In this document: positions 17,288 to 25,934 of the stretch, piece by piece
Layout: each line of letters opens with the position of its first letter
How positions within the stretch are numbered: the first letter of the stretch is position 1
Source of the DNA: Anaerolineales bacterium
Lineage (GTDB): Bacteria; Chloroflexota; Anaerolineae; Anaerolineales; JABWBV01
Assembly: GCA_035512695.1 (NCBI GenBank)
Contig: DATKDL010000146.1
Span: 3,547 to 67,546, forward strand
DNA: 64,000 nucleotides
Direction of reading: 5' to 3'
Made by a program: the position numbers and the translations under genes
Notes under the pieces: generated by a model
The model's database searches: none
Told to the model about the DNA's origin: nothing
The model's input: only the letters and a program-made list of their open reading frames with translations

Positions 17288-18607
17288 TTAACGGACCTGC
17301 CAGCCCAGTTTCTCCATATAATCCTTGATCCGGACCACACCGATCATCCTTTCGTAGTAGAAGTTATTCACCACCCGGATCACCTCCGCCCGGGCGACCT
17401 CCGCTTCTTCGCTCAGGCCCTCACTGGGATCGTGCCGGCCCAGTTCGTCCCGAAGCCGAAGGAGCAGGCTCACGATCGCTTCCTCCTCGCCGCCTTCGAG
17501 GACCCGGATGACGAGCATGATCAGTTCCTGGGCCTGGGCCATCAACTGTTCCTTCGAAAAAGTCGATCCCGGGAAGAAGACATCGTCGATCGTCCGGATC
17601 AGGGCCCAGATCTGGTACAGGACGGTCGCGGGTTCGTCGAAAAGCTCGCGCAGATACAGGGCTTCCTCGTAGCGCCCGGTCAGCCGGAACACGTTGTACA
17701 TGCGCTTGGCGGCTTTGCCGTAATTCAAGTCATCGGTGATGTATTTGGCGATCTGCTCTTCCAGCGCGTCGACGTATTCATCTAATGCGTTCCCGGCGAC
17801 GTTCCGGGCCAGCTTGGAGAAGATCGGGATCGACTCGGCTTCGAGATAGACTTCCTGGAAGTACGGGTCCAGGTATCCGTCGAGCGCTACGATGCTTCCG
17901 TCCGGCGCTTCCCAGGTGACATCGAGCATGTTGCTGGCGTTGATCAGTTCCTTTCGAAGCGGATCGGCCACGACCCAATCCAATTTCGTCCATCCCGCAT
18001 TGTGCGCCATCGCCTCCCAGTCCAGGCGGACGGGTTCGCCTTCCGGGGATGTGCCTTCGACAAAGCCGCGCTCGATCTCTTCAGGCGACCAGGTCAGCGA
18101 ACCGCCGGCTTTGTTCAGCCGGCCGTCGCGAACGACATCGGAAGGATATGAGCCCATGCGGACCTCAATCAGCTGGTAGTGATCGCCTTTGCGCGTGTCG
18201 AGCGCCTTCCGCCGCAGGATCCGGCTGAGGATGCGGCAGGCCTCTTCCTGCGTCGGGGCTTTGATATTGACTCTTTCAAAGAAATCGGCGTCGCCGGGGT
18301 ACGTCTGGATTTTGGACTGGGCCGCCGAGCCGGAAAGCGCCAGCGCCGTCTCGACCACACCCGGTTCGTCGCCGAACTCGACCAGGTCCCCGATCTTGCG
18401 GAAGTGGGCCAGGTCGGCCGAGGAGAAATCCAGCATGACGGCTTTGTGCCCGAACACGCCGGTCCCGACATCGACGACGACGTCGCCCTCTGTCGGGTTG
18501 GCCGCCATCTGGGCCAGCCACTGGAGGGCATCGGCCTCATCGATAACGACTCCCAGGCGTTTCGCGGAGGCGATAATTTGCTTCAGATCGGTTGTTTGGT
18601 CGGACAT
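17288..18607 (-). CDS. uncharacterised protein with Pol-beta-superfamily nucleotidyltransferase-like core and C-terminal helical domain
   Basis: ORF 17288..18892 trimmed to ATG 18607 (MSDQTTDLKQ...), preceded by SD AAGGAGAG. Contains LSGSAAQSKIQTYPGDADFFERV, i.e. GS-x11-DxD spacing typical of minimal NTase folds. Later candidate third-carboxylate strands are KLDWVVAD and MLDVTWE. About 170 aa of helical C-terminus. Confidence 0.45.
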   Translation of the reverse strand: MSDQTTDLKQIIASAKRLGVVIDEADALQWLAQMAANPTEGDVVVDVGTGVFGHKAVMLDFSSADLAHFRKIGDLVEFGDEPGVVETALALSGSAAQSKIQTYPGDADFFERVNIKAPTQEEACRILSRILRRKALDTRKGDHYQLIEVRMGSYPSDVVRDGRLNKAGGSLTWSPEEIERGFVEGTSPEGEPVRLDWEAMAHNAGWTKLDWVVADPLRKELINASNMLDVTWEAPDGSIVALDGYLDPYFQEVYLEAESIPIFSKLARNVAGNALDEYVDALEEQIAKYITDDLNYGKAAKRMYNVFRLTGRYEEALYLRELFDEPATVLYQIWALIRTIDDVFFPGSTFSKEQLMAQAQELIMLVIRVLEGGEEEAIVSLLLRLRDELGRHDPSEGLSEEAEVARAEVIRVVNNFYYERMIGVVRIKDYMEKLGWQVR

Positions 18608-18635
18608 GGTCTCTCCTTTTGTACCGGATCGGTTT

Positions 18636-19196
18636 TTATGAACTTGCGTTGGAGTCGCGCAGATCGTCGAGGATCCGGGCGAACAGTTTTGCCTGGTCGA
18701 TCGCGTCTTCCAGGGCGTTGTGCCGAAAAGTGTGATCGAGTGGGTAATCTCGCTGGAGCGCAGCGCCGGCCTGTCCGAAATTGGTGAGCTGTTTGAAACC
18801 CATGTAAAAGGCCTTGATGTCCAGCGCGTTGTGCCCGAATGGATTGCGGGCGAGATACCGGTGGAAATAATCGTTGACAAACATCCAATCAAAAGCGGCG
18901 TTCAGCGCCACGAACACCGGGCGGGTATTCGCCGGCGTATGCCGCTCGATCCAGCCGGCGAAGGCCGCCATCGCTTCGGCCGGCGCAGTTCCACCGGATT
19001 CTAACCGCTCGCGGGAGAGTTTGTGGATCTGCATCGATTCAGGGTCGAACCGCTCACGGTCCGGCTTTAGTTCGCAGTAATAGGTCGTACCGGGATCGTC
19101 CAACAGGCAGGCGCCGATTGCGAGCAGCGCGCAATCAGATGGGTTCGGGCCGGCCGTTTCGATGTCGACGGAGAAGTGGATTTCGGCAGGTGTCAT
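18636..19196 (-). CDS. DEDDh (DnaQ-like) 3'-5' exonuclease
   Basis: 186 aa. Exo I FSVDIETAG, Exo II LNAAFDWMFV, Exo III HNALEDAIDQA. The start overlaps the stop of the upstream glycosyltransferase by 4 nt. Confidence 0.8.
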   Translation of the reverse strand: MTPAEIHFSVDIETAGPNPSDCALLAIGACLLDDPGTTYYCELKPDRERFDPESMQIHKLSRERLESGGTAPAEAMAAFAGWIERHTPANTRPVFVALNAAFDWMFVNDYFHRYLARNPFGHNALDIKAFYMGFKQLTNFGQAGAALQRDYPLDHTFRHNALEDAIDQAKLFARILDDLRDSNASS

Positions 19197-20236
19197 TTCT
19201 CGAGCAGCTCCTTAAGATAGGCCTGGACCATCCTGTCCAGCACGAACATCTTTTCAGCCCGCGCGCGCGCCGACCGGCGGTACACTGCCTGGTTTTCGAA
19301 AACCTGCGCTGCGGCGCGCGCCAGCCCCTCGGTATCCGGCGGTTCCAACTGCCACGGGTCGCCGCCGTAAGGAGCAATGCCCCCTGCATCGGTCCCGACC
19401 AGCTCGCGCAGCGCGCCGGTGTCGAAGGCGGTGACCGGCAGGCCGCAGGCGAGGGCTTCGATCACGGCGTTCGGGCAGGCGGGGTTCAGGTCGGCCGAGA
19501 ACAGGACATGCGCCGAGCGGTCCAGCGCCGGGATCTCGGCCGCCGGTACCCACCCCAGCCATTCGATCGCGTCGTCGTTGAACCGAGTCTGGATTTCGGC
19601 GGATACCCGGCCCGCCACGACCAGTTCGACCGGAAGCGGCAGGATCTCGCTCAATATGGCGCGCAGCCGGACGGCCGTGTCGAGCCCGGCTTCATACCCT
19701 CCCTGGAGGTTCCCTTCGACGAGCAGCAGCCTGAAATGATCGGTGGGTCTCTCTTCGGGACCTTCCGGCGTGTACCGGTCCAGATCGACGGCGTTGTGGA
19801 TCACGACGGCGGGCTGCCGGGCGGGTCCGTACGACCGTTCCCACCAGTCCTGTACGAACCGGCTCTGGTAGACGATCCGGTCAGCGTACCGGTCCCGGAT
19901 CGTCTGCAGCAGCAGGTTTCCGATTTCGGCGCGCAGGGTGTGGCGGATCCCGGTCCGGCGGTGGCGGTGGATCCAGTTGATCCCGTCCAGGCGCTGGACG
20001 ATCCGGATCCCGCGCCGCCGCGCCCGGCGCAGCCCCGCCAGGTCCCGCGTCCCGCCGATGACGAGCACCGCAGCGAGATCCGGGTCGTCGACGCCGGCCG
20101 CGATCCGGATTCCGCGGTTTGCCAGCCCGGTGGTAAGCTTGTCCCGGAAACTGACCATCCCGCCCACGCCGTGGACATGCGGGATAAGACCGATCGTTCT
20201 ATGATCCATGCTCGGAATTGTATCCGGCGGAGGCAA
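19193..20236 (-). CDS. glycosyltransferase (GT4/GT1-like)
   Basis: 347 aa. C-terminal NPACPNAVIEALACGLPVTAFDTGALRELV motif. Alternative start at 20209 (MDHRTIGL...). Confidence 0.75.
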   Translation of the reverse strand: MPPPDTIPSMDHRTIGLIPHVHGVGGMVSFRDKLTTGLANRGIRIAAGVDDPDLAAVLVIGGTRDLAGLRRARRRGIRIVQRLDGINWIHRHRRTGIRHTLRAEIGNLLLQTIRDRYADRIVYQSRFVQDWWERSYGPARQPAVVIHNAVDLDRYTPEGPEERPTDHFRLLLVEGNLQGGYEAGLDTAVRLRAILSEILPLPVELVVAGRVSAEIQTRFNDDAIEWLGWVPAAEIPALDRSAHVLFSADLNPACPNAVIEALACGLPVTAFDTGALRELVGTDAGGIAPYGGDPWQLEPPDTEGLARAAAQVFENQAVYRRSARARAEKMFVLDRMVQAYLKELLEK

Positions 20237-21017
20237 ATTCCAACGATCGTGCGTTGATCGCGGCTGCTTTGATCTCCAGCCACTGCGGCTCCGGACAGCC
20301 GTGAAGCCCGTACCGAAGCCGGCCCTCCGGAGTGAACGCGGCGAACTGGTTGTCGATCCAGATCACCAGCGCCAGCGGTGAGGCTGGGGATACCCGGGTC
20401 GTGTGCACCAGGTCGCCGTCGATCCGGAAGTCGACCGAATCCCGGCCCCATACCAACCGGTATTCGTGTTCGCCGGTGACATCGATCCCGGCGGGTGCGC
20501 TGCCCGATTCATGAATTACGCGCCGGCTGAGGTACGTGCGCAGCCTGCGGGCCACCGGGGTTATGGCGAACAGCGGCAGGCCGAACAGGACCGGCAGCAG
20601 CTTCCGGATAGGCTGGTCCGTGGATCGGAACGTCTGGGCGAGGAAACCCCGGCCCGGCAGGTCGTCCCGAAAAGTCAGATGGCTTGCGCGGGGGGCATAA
20701 AAGAACCAGGCCGCTTGCGGCAGCGCCGGCAGCGGATCGGTTCTGCCGAGACCGAGCGAGAACTTCCCCGGTGCATTCCAGAACCCGAACCCCCAGGTTC
20801 CCGGGACATCGGCAGAAACCGCACGGGCGCGCAGGGAGAGATCGACGGGCGGGGACCATGGATACGCCTTTCTTCGCAGACCTGCGTAATCATCGACCTG
20901 GGCCAGCCGCACGCGGCGGCTCGACCCGGAGGGGATATCCAGGCGCAGACCCCCGGTTTGAATCTCCTTGACCTGGGCGCCGGTCGAGTATCTTTTACGG
21001 ACGTAGAACGGTTCCAC
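20199..21017 (-). CDS. hypothetical protein, possible ConA-like/GH16-like beta-jelly-roll; first gene of the glycosyltransferase operon
   Basis: 272 aa. Motifs GTWGFGFWN and LVIWIDNQ resemble a beta-sandwich lectin/glucanase fold. No confident family assignment. Confidence 0.4.
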   Translation of the reverse strand: MEPFYVRKRYSTGAQVKEIQTGGLRLDIPSGSSRRVRLAQVDDYAGLRRKAYPWSPPVDLSLRARAVSADVPGTWGFGFWNAPGKFSLGLGRTDPLPALPQAAWFFYAPRASHLTFRDDLPGRGFLAQTFRSTDQPIRKLLPVLFGLPLFAITPVARRLRTYLSRRVIHESGSAPAGIDVTGEHEYRLVWGRDSVDFRIDGDLVHTTRVSPASPLALVIWIDNQFAAFTPEGRLRYGLHGCPEPQWLEIKAAAINARSLEFASAGYNSEHGS

Positions 21018-21100
21018 GCAGGATATTATAAGATCTAGATGGTAACTACTCAGCCAATTTTTCCCGGAATTTCAGCCGCAGCCTGAGTGATTACTCCAGA

Positions 21101-21109
21101 TGTTATAAT
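21101..21109 (+). promoter_or_regulatory. extended -10 TGtTATAAT in AT-rich divergent intergenic region
   Basis: gatgttataatt read at 21099..21110. It lies 42 nt upstream of ATG 21151, which has SD AGGAG. Confidence 0.45.
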
Positions 21110-21150
21110 TCCTCGTTCGAGTTCGAAATCACTTGCTCACAGGAGCCTTA

Positions 21151-21795
21151 ATGGAAATTGCCTGGTACGGTTTATCTTGCTTCCGTCTGACCGAGCGTGG
21201 GAAAGCGACCGTCGTCACTGACCCCTATGATCACACCCGGATCGGCTATGGGGCGCTCAAGTTGCGCGCCGATATCGTCTCCGTCAGCCACGATGCACCG
21301 GGTCACAACCACGTCAAGGCGGTCAAAGGTGTGGAGCACATCATCGACGGTCCGGGGGAATACGAGATCGGGGAAGTATTCATCACGGGCGTTCGCACCC
21401 AGACCGGAAAGCGGTCCAGGAACGGCTCGGGTTCGAATACCCTTTACGTCTTCGATTACGATGGGGTCACGATCGCTCATCTTGGAGATTTGGAGCGCAC
21501 CCTGACCCAGTCCGAGGTGGACGCCCTGGGCACCGTCAGCGTCGCGCTGGTGCCGGTCGGAGGCGGGAGCAGCATGTCGGCTTCGCAAGCCGCTGAAGTG
21601 ATCAGTATGCTGGACCCCGGAATCGTCATCCCGATGCATTACAAAACCAGCGAGACCTCTCTTAAGCTCGAGCCGCTGAGCAAATTCATTAAGGAAATGG
21701 GCCTGGGAACGGTGAAGCCTGTGGCTGCGCTCAAGGTGACCCCTTCATCGGTACCGGAAGAAACCCAGGTCGTCGTGCTCGACCCGGTAAGTTAG
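21151..21795 (+). CDS. MBL-fold metallo-hydrolase (UPF0173-like)
   Basis: ORF 21133..21795 trimmed to the ATG after SD AGGAG. Begins MEIAWYGLSCFRL...; contains VSHDAPGHNH. Confidence 0.75.
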   Translation: MEIAWYGLSCFRLTERGKATVVTDPYDHTRIGYGALKLRADIVSVSHDAPGHNHVKAVKGVEHIIDGPGEYEIGEVFITGVRTQTGKRSRNGSGSNTLYVFDYDGVTIAHLGDLERTLTQSEVDALGTVSVALVPVGGGSSMSASQAAEVISMLDPGIVIPMHYKTSETSLKLEPLSKFIKEMGLGTVKPVAALKVTPSSVPEETQVVVLDPVS

Positions 21796-21803
21796 CGCGC
21801 GGG

Positions 21804-21860
21804 GAGGATGGCGGTGCCCGGCTTCCGGACCTCGCCCGGCAGCCGGGCACCGCCATCCTC
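21804..21860 (+). terminator. hairpin, 20-bp perfect stem
   Basis: GAGGATGGCGGTGCCCGGCT at 21804..21823 is the exact reverse complement of 21841..21860. Confidence 0.75.
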
Positions 21861-21896
21861 TTGAATTTCGGAAATGCAAACCCGAAGGAGTATCGC

Positions 21897-22199
21897 TTGG
21901 CTGTAAAAATTCTGATGACCTGGGATCTACTGCCCGGGAAGGAACAGGATTACTTTGAATTCGTGGTTCGGGATTTCATCCCCGGCATGCAGGAGATCGG
22001 TCTGCAGCCGAGCGATGCCTGGTATACCTACTATGGGGACCATCCGCAGATCATGGCCGGCGCGGTCGTCAATTCGATGGATGAGATGGACCGGCTGATC
22101 AACTCGGATGACTGGCATGAATTGACCCGGCAGTTGATGGAATACGTCCAGGATTTCGAGTACAAGATCGTCCCGGCCCGCGGGGGTTTTCAGCTTTAG
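21897..22199 (+). CDS. small alpha+beta protein, unknown function
   Basis: ORF 21861..22199. Preferred TTG start at 21897, 7 nt after SD GAAGGAG. Sequence (M)AVKILMTWDLLPGKEQDYFEFV... Confidence 0.5.
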   Translation: MAVKILMTWDLLPGKEQDYFEFVVRDFIPGMQEIGLQPSDAWYTYYGDHPQIMAGAVVNSMDEMDRLINSDDWHELTRQLMEYVQDFEYKIVPARGGFQL

Positions 22200-23020
22200 T
22201 GCGTTTCCAGGATCCCGACCATCTCAGAAAGGTCCAGTACGGCGATCCCGCCCGGCTTGACGCCCGTATTCGCTTGCACGCGCTGTACGGGACCAACCCC
22301 CTCGATTTTCACCGCTGGATTTTCGAAGAAACCGTCCGCGAACTACCTCCGGACGCCCGGCTGCTCGAGGTGGGCGGCGGGCACGGCCGGCTGTGGTCCG
22401 TCAATGCAGACCGCATTCCTCCGGGCTGGACCATCGCACTTTCTGACTTTTCGCCCGGCATGATTGGGGGTGCGGCCCGGGACGAGGCGCTTCGGTCCCA
22501 TGGCCGGATCACGTTTGCCTGTCTGGATGCGCAGCGGCTCCCGTATGCGCGGGCCGCGTTCGACGCCGTCTGCGCCCATTTCATGCTTTACCACGTACCG
22601 GATCGAGAGCGGGCGTTTCGGGAAATCCGCCGGGTGCTCAAACCCGGGGGGCGTTTCTATGCAACCACGCTCGGGCGCGGCCACCTGCGGGAGATCTACG
22701 AGCTGGCGGAGCGGGTGGATGCGGATGTGGCGGAGCGAGCCCGAGAGGATTGGGAGCTCTCTTTCCGCCTGGACAACGGCCCGGAGGAGTTAGCGGCGCA
22801 TTTCCCGGAAGTCGAACTGCGGCGCTACGAAGATGCACTCGAGATCACAGCGGCCGAACCGCTCAGCGATTACGTCCGTTCCCTGGCCAGCGCCGAGAAG
22901 TGGGGGCCTCGCGAGGTTGAGCGGCTGCGCGAGGAGATCGACCGCTGGTTGGAGCGGGAAGGCGTCATCCGCGTCCGGAAGGAAGTCGGAATGTTTTCCT
23001 GCCGCCGGTCAGACCGCTGA
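22199..23020 (+). CDS. class I SAM-dependent methyltransferase
   Basis: 273 aa. LLEVGGGHGRLW SAM motif. GTG start overlaps the upstream TAG. Confidence 0.75.
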   Translation: MRFQDPDHLRKVQYGDPARLDARIRLHALYGTNPLDFHRWIFEETVRELPPDARLLEVGGGHGRLWSVNADRIPPGWTIALSDFSPGMIGGAARDEALRSHGRITFACLDAQRLPYARAAFDAVCAHFMLYHVPDRERAFREIRRVLKPGGRFYATTLGRGHLREIYELAERVDADVAERAREDWELSFRLDNGPEELAAHFPEVELRRYEDALEITAAEPLSDYVRSLASAEKWGPREVERLREEIDRWLEREGVIRVRKEVGMFSCRRSDR

Positions 23021-23296
23021 TCCCGGTTCCTCCTCCAGGTGTCCTCCGGTCTCGGCCCGGTCGAGCACATCCAGGATGCCTGCGACCAGCGCGCGGGCGG
23101 ACTGCTCGCTGAGCTCCACCGCGACACGAGCCCCGGTTCCCAGGCTTTCATTGACGAAGTCGATATTCAGGGCGTGTTCGAAAGGGGCGTCGAAAGGGTG
23201 GTCGAAGGACAGGTTGGCTTCCCCCAACCGGAACCAGCCGTCCCGTCCCTTCCCGCTGCCGCTGATTTTGATTCGTTCGGTGATCATCGTGCACAT
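23009..23296 (-). CDS. small conserved hypothetical protein (resembles DUF6295-type proteins)
   Basis: ORF 23009..23374 trimmed to ATG 23296 after SD GGAG. Sequence MCTMITERIKISGSGKGRDGWFRLGEANLSFDHPFDAPFEHALNIDFVNE... The family name is from memory only. Confidence 0.45.
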   Translation of the reverse strand: MCTMITERIKISGSGKGRDGWFRLGEANLSFDHPFDAPFEHALNIDFVNESLGTGARVAVELSEQSARALVAGILDVLDRAETGGHLEEEPGSAV

Positions 23297-23319
23297 GCAA
23301 GACTCCTTGGAATGGTTTA

Positions 23320-23387
23320 CGAAAAACGAACGGTGCGGGAGCAGGCGGGGGCGCGCCCCCGCCTGCTCCCGCACCGTTCGTTTTTCG
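23320..23387 (-). terminator. 68-nt perfect palindrome (34-bp stem)
   Basis: CGAAAAACGAACGGTGCGGGAGCAGGCGGGGGCG followed by its exact complement. Lies downstream of the dienelactone hydrolase stop. Confidence 0.8.
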
Positions 23388-23392
23388 AACCT

Positions 23393-24147
23393 TTACGACA
23401 GGGTGCGCTGCAAAAATTCCCAGATTTTATTCCATCCGTCGATCGTCTGGCTCTGGCGGTAGTTTGGGCGGTGGTAGTAGAAGAAGCCGTGTCCGGCGTC
23501 CGGGTAGATGTGGAATTCGTGATCTTTGCCGTGTTTTTTTAGTTCAGCCTCGTGTTCGGCCACCTGTGCCGGGGTGGGGCTCTGGTCTTCCTCCCCGAAA
23601 ATCCCCAGGATCGGGCACGGCAGGTCTTTCGTATAGTCAATCGGGGCGACCGGTCTGGCGGGGGTGAGCGAATCGGGCGCCATGACGACACCGCCGCCCC
23701 AGCAATCGACGACGGCTTCGAAGCCGGGGGTCCGGCAGGCAGTCAGGAATGCGTGCCGGCCGCCCGAACAGGTCCCGAAAATGCCGGCCTTTCCGTTCGA
23801 GTTGGGCAGCGACTTCAAAAAGCCAAGCGCCCCTGCCAGGTCCCCGACCGCCTGGTCGTCCGGGATGCCGCCCTCCGCCCGGACTTTGGCCGCGACGTCT
23901 TCGGGCGTCCCGTGCCCGGATCGAAAGTACAGGTTTGGTGAAATCGCGGCGTAGCCGTGATTGGCAAAGCGTAGAGTCGCTTCCCGGTACCACTCATCCC
24001 AACCGGGCATGTGGTGCACCAGTACCATCCCGGGATACGGGCCCGGCCCCAACGGCCGGGCGTAATAAGCATTGATCGTTTCACCGCCTGCGCCGATCAT
24101 CGTGACCGTTTCGGCGAGGATCCCTTCGTACATTTCTGTTGTATACA
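23393..24147 (-). CDS. dienelactone hydrolase family protein
   Basis: C-terminal 251 aa of track ORF 23393..25270, starting at ATG 24147 (MYTTEMYEG...). Cys nucleophile motif GTCSGGRH. SD AGGAG and TGTATAAT upstream. Confidence 0.8.
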
Positions 24148-24199
24148 TGGTTAGCGCTCCTGGGCAGTTACGATTTCCGGTATTATACAGGCAGGCAAG

Positions 24200-25276
24200 A
24201 TGAACAGAATGGTCAAGCTCCTTCCCTGGTACCGGGCGAACCGGCGAAGCCTGCCGTGGCGGGAAACGCCGGCGCCGTACCGGGTCTGGGTTTCCGAGAT
24301 CATGCTGCAGCAAACGCGGGTGGAGACCGTGTTGCCGTATTTCGCGCGCTGGATCGAGCGGTTTCCGGACGTCCACGCGCTCGCGGATGCGGATCTGCAG
24401 GATGTCCTGGCCTGTTGGGAAGGGCTTGGATATTATGCCCGGGCGCGCAACCTGCACAAAGCGGCCCGGATCATCCGGGACGATCACGAGGGGCGGCTTC
24501 CCAATACAGCCGCTGGGCTGCGCAAGCTTCCCGGGATCGGGGAATATACCGCCGGTGCGATTGCCTCGATCGCATTCGGGCGGGACGAACCGGTGGTGGA
24601 CGGCAACGTCCGCAGAGTGCTCGCCCGCGTCTACAATATCGCGATTCCGGCAGACGGTCCCGCAGGTCGCCGGCGGCTCTGGGAAATTGCCGGCGAGATC
24701 CTCCCCGGCGGACAGGCCGGCGATCACAACCAGGCCCTGATGGATCTGGGCGCCCTGATCTGCACGCCACGTGACCCGAATTGTCCGGGCTGTCCTGTGC
24801 GGACCGGCTGCGAGGCCAATCGGTTGGGCGTCGTGTCCGAACGCCCGTTGATGCGGACCCGGCCTGAAACGCCCCACCACACGGTGACCGCAGCGGTGAT
24901 CCGGGAAGGTGATACGGTTCTGATCACCCGCAGGCCGGATGACGGGCTGCTCGGTGGGTTGTGGGAGTTTCCGGGAGGCAAACTCGAACCGGGTGAAGAC
25001 CTGGCTGCCTGTCTGCACCGCGAGATCGACGAGGAACTGGGTCTGCAAATCGAAATTCTCGGCCAGATCGGCGTCTATCGTCACGCTTTCACGCATTTCA
25101 AGGTCACGCTGCATGCGTTCGATTGCCGGCTGGGCGGAAATGGCGCTGCTGTGCAGGAGCGGGAAGTCGCTGCGCACCGTTGGGTCACTCCCGACAAGTT
25201 GGGAACGTTCCCGATGGGCAAAATCGACCGGTCGATCTCGAAAACGCTGCAGGCCGGACCGGCAACCCATGAGTGA
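24200..25276 (+). CDS. mutY: A/G-specific adenine DNA glycosylase
   Basis: 358 aa. PYRVWVSEIMLQQTRV, GLGYYARARNL, Fe-S loop CTPRDPNCPGCPVRTGC, and a C-terminal NUDIX-like domain. Confidence 0.9.
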   Translation: MNRMVKLLPWYRANRRSLPWRETPAPYRVWVSEIMLQQTRVETVLPYFARWIERFPDVHALADADLQDVLACWEGLGYYARARNLHKAARIIRDDHEGRLPNTAAGLRKLPGIGEYTAGAIASIAFGRDEPVVDGNVRRVLARVYNIAIPADGPAGRRRLWEIAGEILPGGQAGDHNQALMDLGALICTPRDPNCPGCPVRTGCEANRLGVVSERPLMRTRPETPHHTVTAAVIREGDTVLITRRPDDGLLGGLWEFPGGKLEPGEDLAACLHREIDEELGLQIEILGQIGVYRHAFTHFKVTLHAFDCRLGGNGAAVQEREVAAHRWVTPDKLGTFPMGKIDRSISKTLQAGPATHE

Positions 25277-25934
25277 AACCCGGGATTTCGACGCTGCCAG
25301 AGCGGAAATGGTGCAGCGCCAGCTGATCGAGCGCGGGATTCGATCGCCCCGCGTCCTCGCGGCGATGCGAGTTGTGCCGCGACATCTCTTCGTGCCGGAG
25401 CGTTTACAGCACCTTGCGTACAGCGATGGACCGCTGGCGATCGGAGAAGACCAGACGATCTCCCAGCCGTATGTGGTTGGCCTTATGACCGAACTCCTCG
25501 AGCTGGAGCCGGATGATAAAGTCCTCGAGATCGGGACCGGGTCCGGTTATCAAGCGGCCATCCTGGCGAAGTTGGCCGGAGAGGTCTATTCGGTAGAACG
25601 CTTTGAAAGCCTGGGGAAAGCGGCCCGCGTCGCGCTGCGGAATGCGGGGGCGGACAACGTGCGGGTTTTTATCGAGGACGGATCGCAAGGGCTGCAAGAA
25701 CACGCGCCTTATGACGCCGTGGTGGTCACTGCGGCCGCGCCGGCGGCGCCGCGCGCACTGCTCGAGCAGATGGCCGATGGGGGCCGGCTGGTCTTGCCCA
25801 TCGGCGATCGGCGTGGGCAGCGGCTGCAGCGGATCCGGCGGAAGGGGGATCGGTTCACCCGCAGCCGCCTGGTCCCCGTCGCTTTCGTTCCGCTGCGGGG
25901 CCGCTACGGCTGGTCGGAAGACCGCTGGTCCTGA
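25269..25934 (+). CDS. pcm: protein-L-isoaspartate O-methyltransferase
   Basis: Track ORF 24939..25934 trimmed to ATG 25269 (MSETRDF...). Motifs TISQPYVVG and LEIGTGSGYQAA. Overlaps the mutY stop. Confidence 0.9.
   Translation: MSETRDFDAARAEMVQRQLIERGIRSPRVLAAMRVVPRHLFVPERLQHLAYSDGPLAIGEDQTISQPYVVGLMTELLELEPDDKVLEIGTGSGYQAAILAKLAGEVYSVERFESLGKAARVALRNAGADNVRVFIEDGSQGLQEHAPYDAVVVTAAAPAAPRALLEQMADGGRLVLPIGDRRGQRLQRIRRKGDRFTRSRLVPVAFVPLRGRYGWSEDRWS

Noticed and set aside
17288-18892. 95-aa N-terminal extension of the NTase-like ORF overlapping the exonuclease gene
   Set aside because: The extension is Ser/Thr/Arg-rich and overlaps a well-supported gene in another frame. A strong SD precedes the internal ATG at 18607.
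17288-19196. Calling the NTase-like + exonuclease pair a CBASS or other known anti-phage system
   Set aside because: There is no recognisable effector, Cap2/Cap3 or HORMA/TRIP13 partner. The genes are translationally coupled to glycosyltransferases, and the NTase assignment rests only on a GS...DxD motif. It is kept as an open finding, not a defence-system call.
23393-25270. 625-aa ORF in the track
   Set aside because: Only the C-terminal 251 aa (from ATG 24147, with its own SD and -10) form a dienelactone hydrolase. The N-terminal part is the antisense of mutY and reads as low-complexity sequence.
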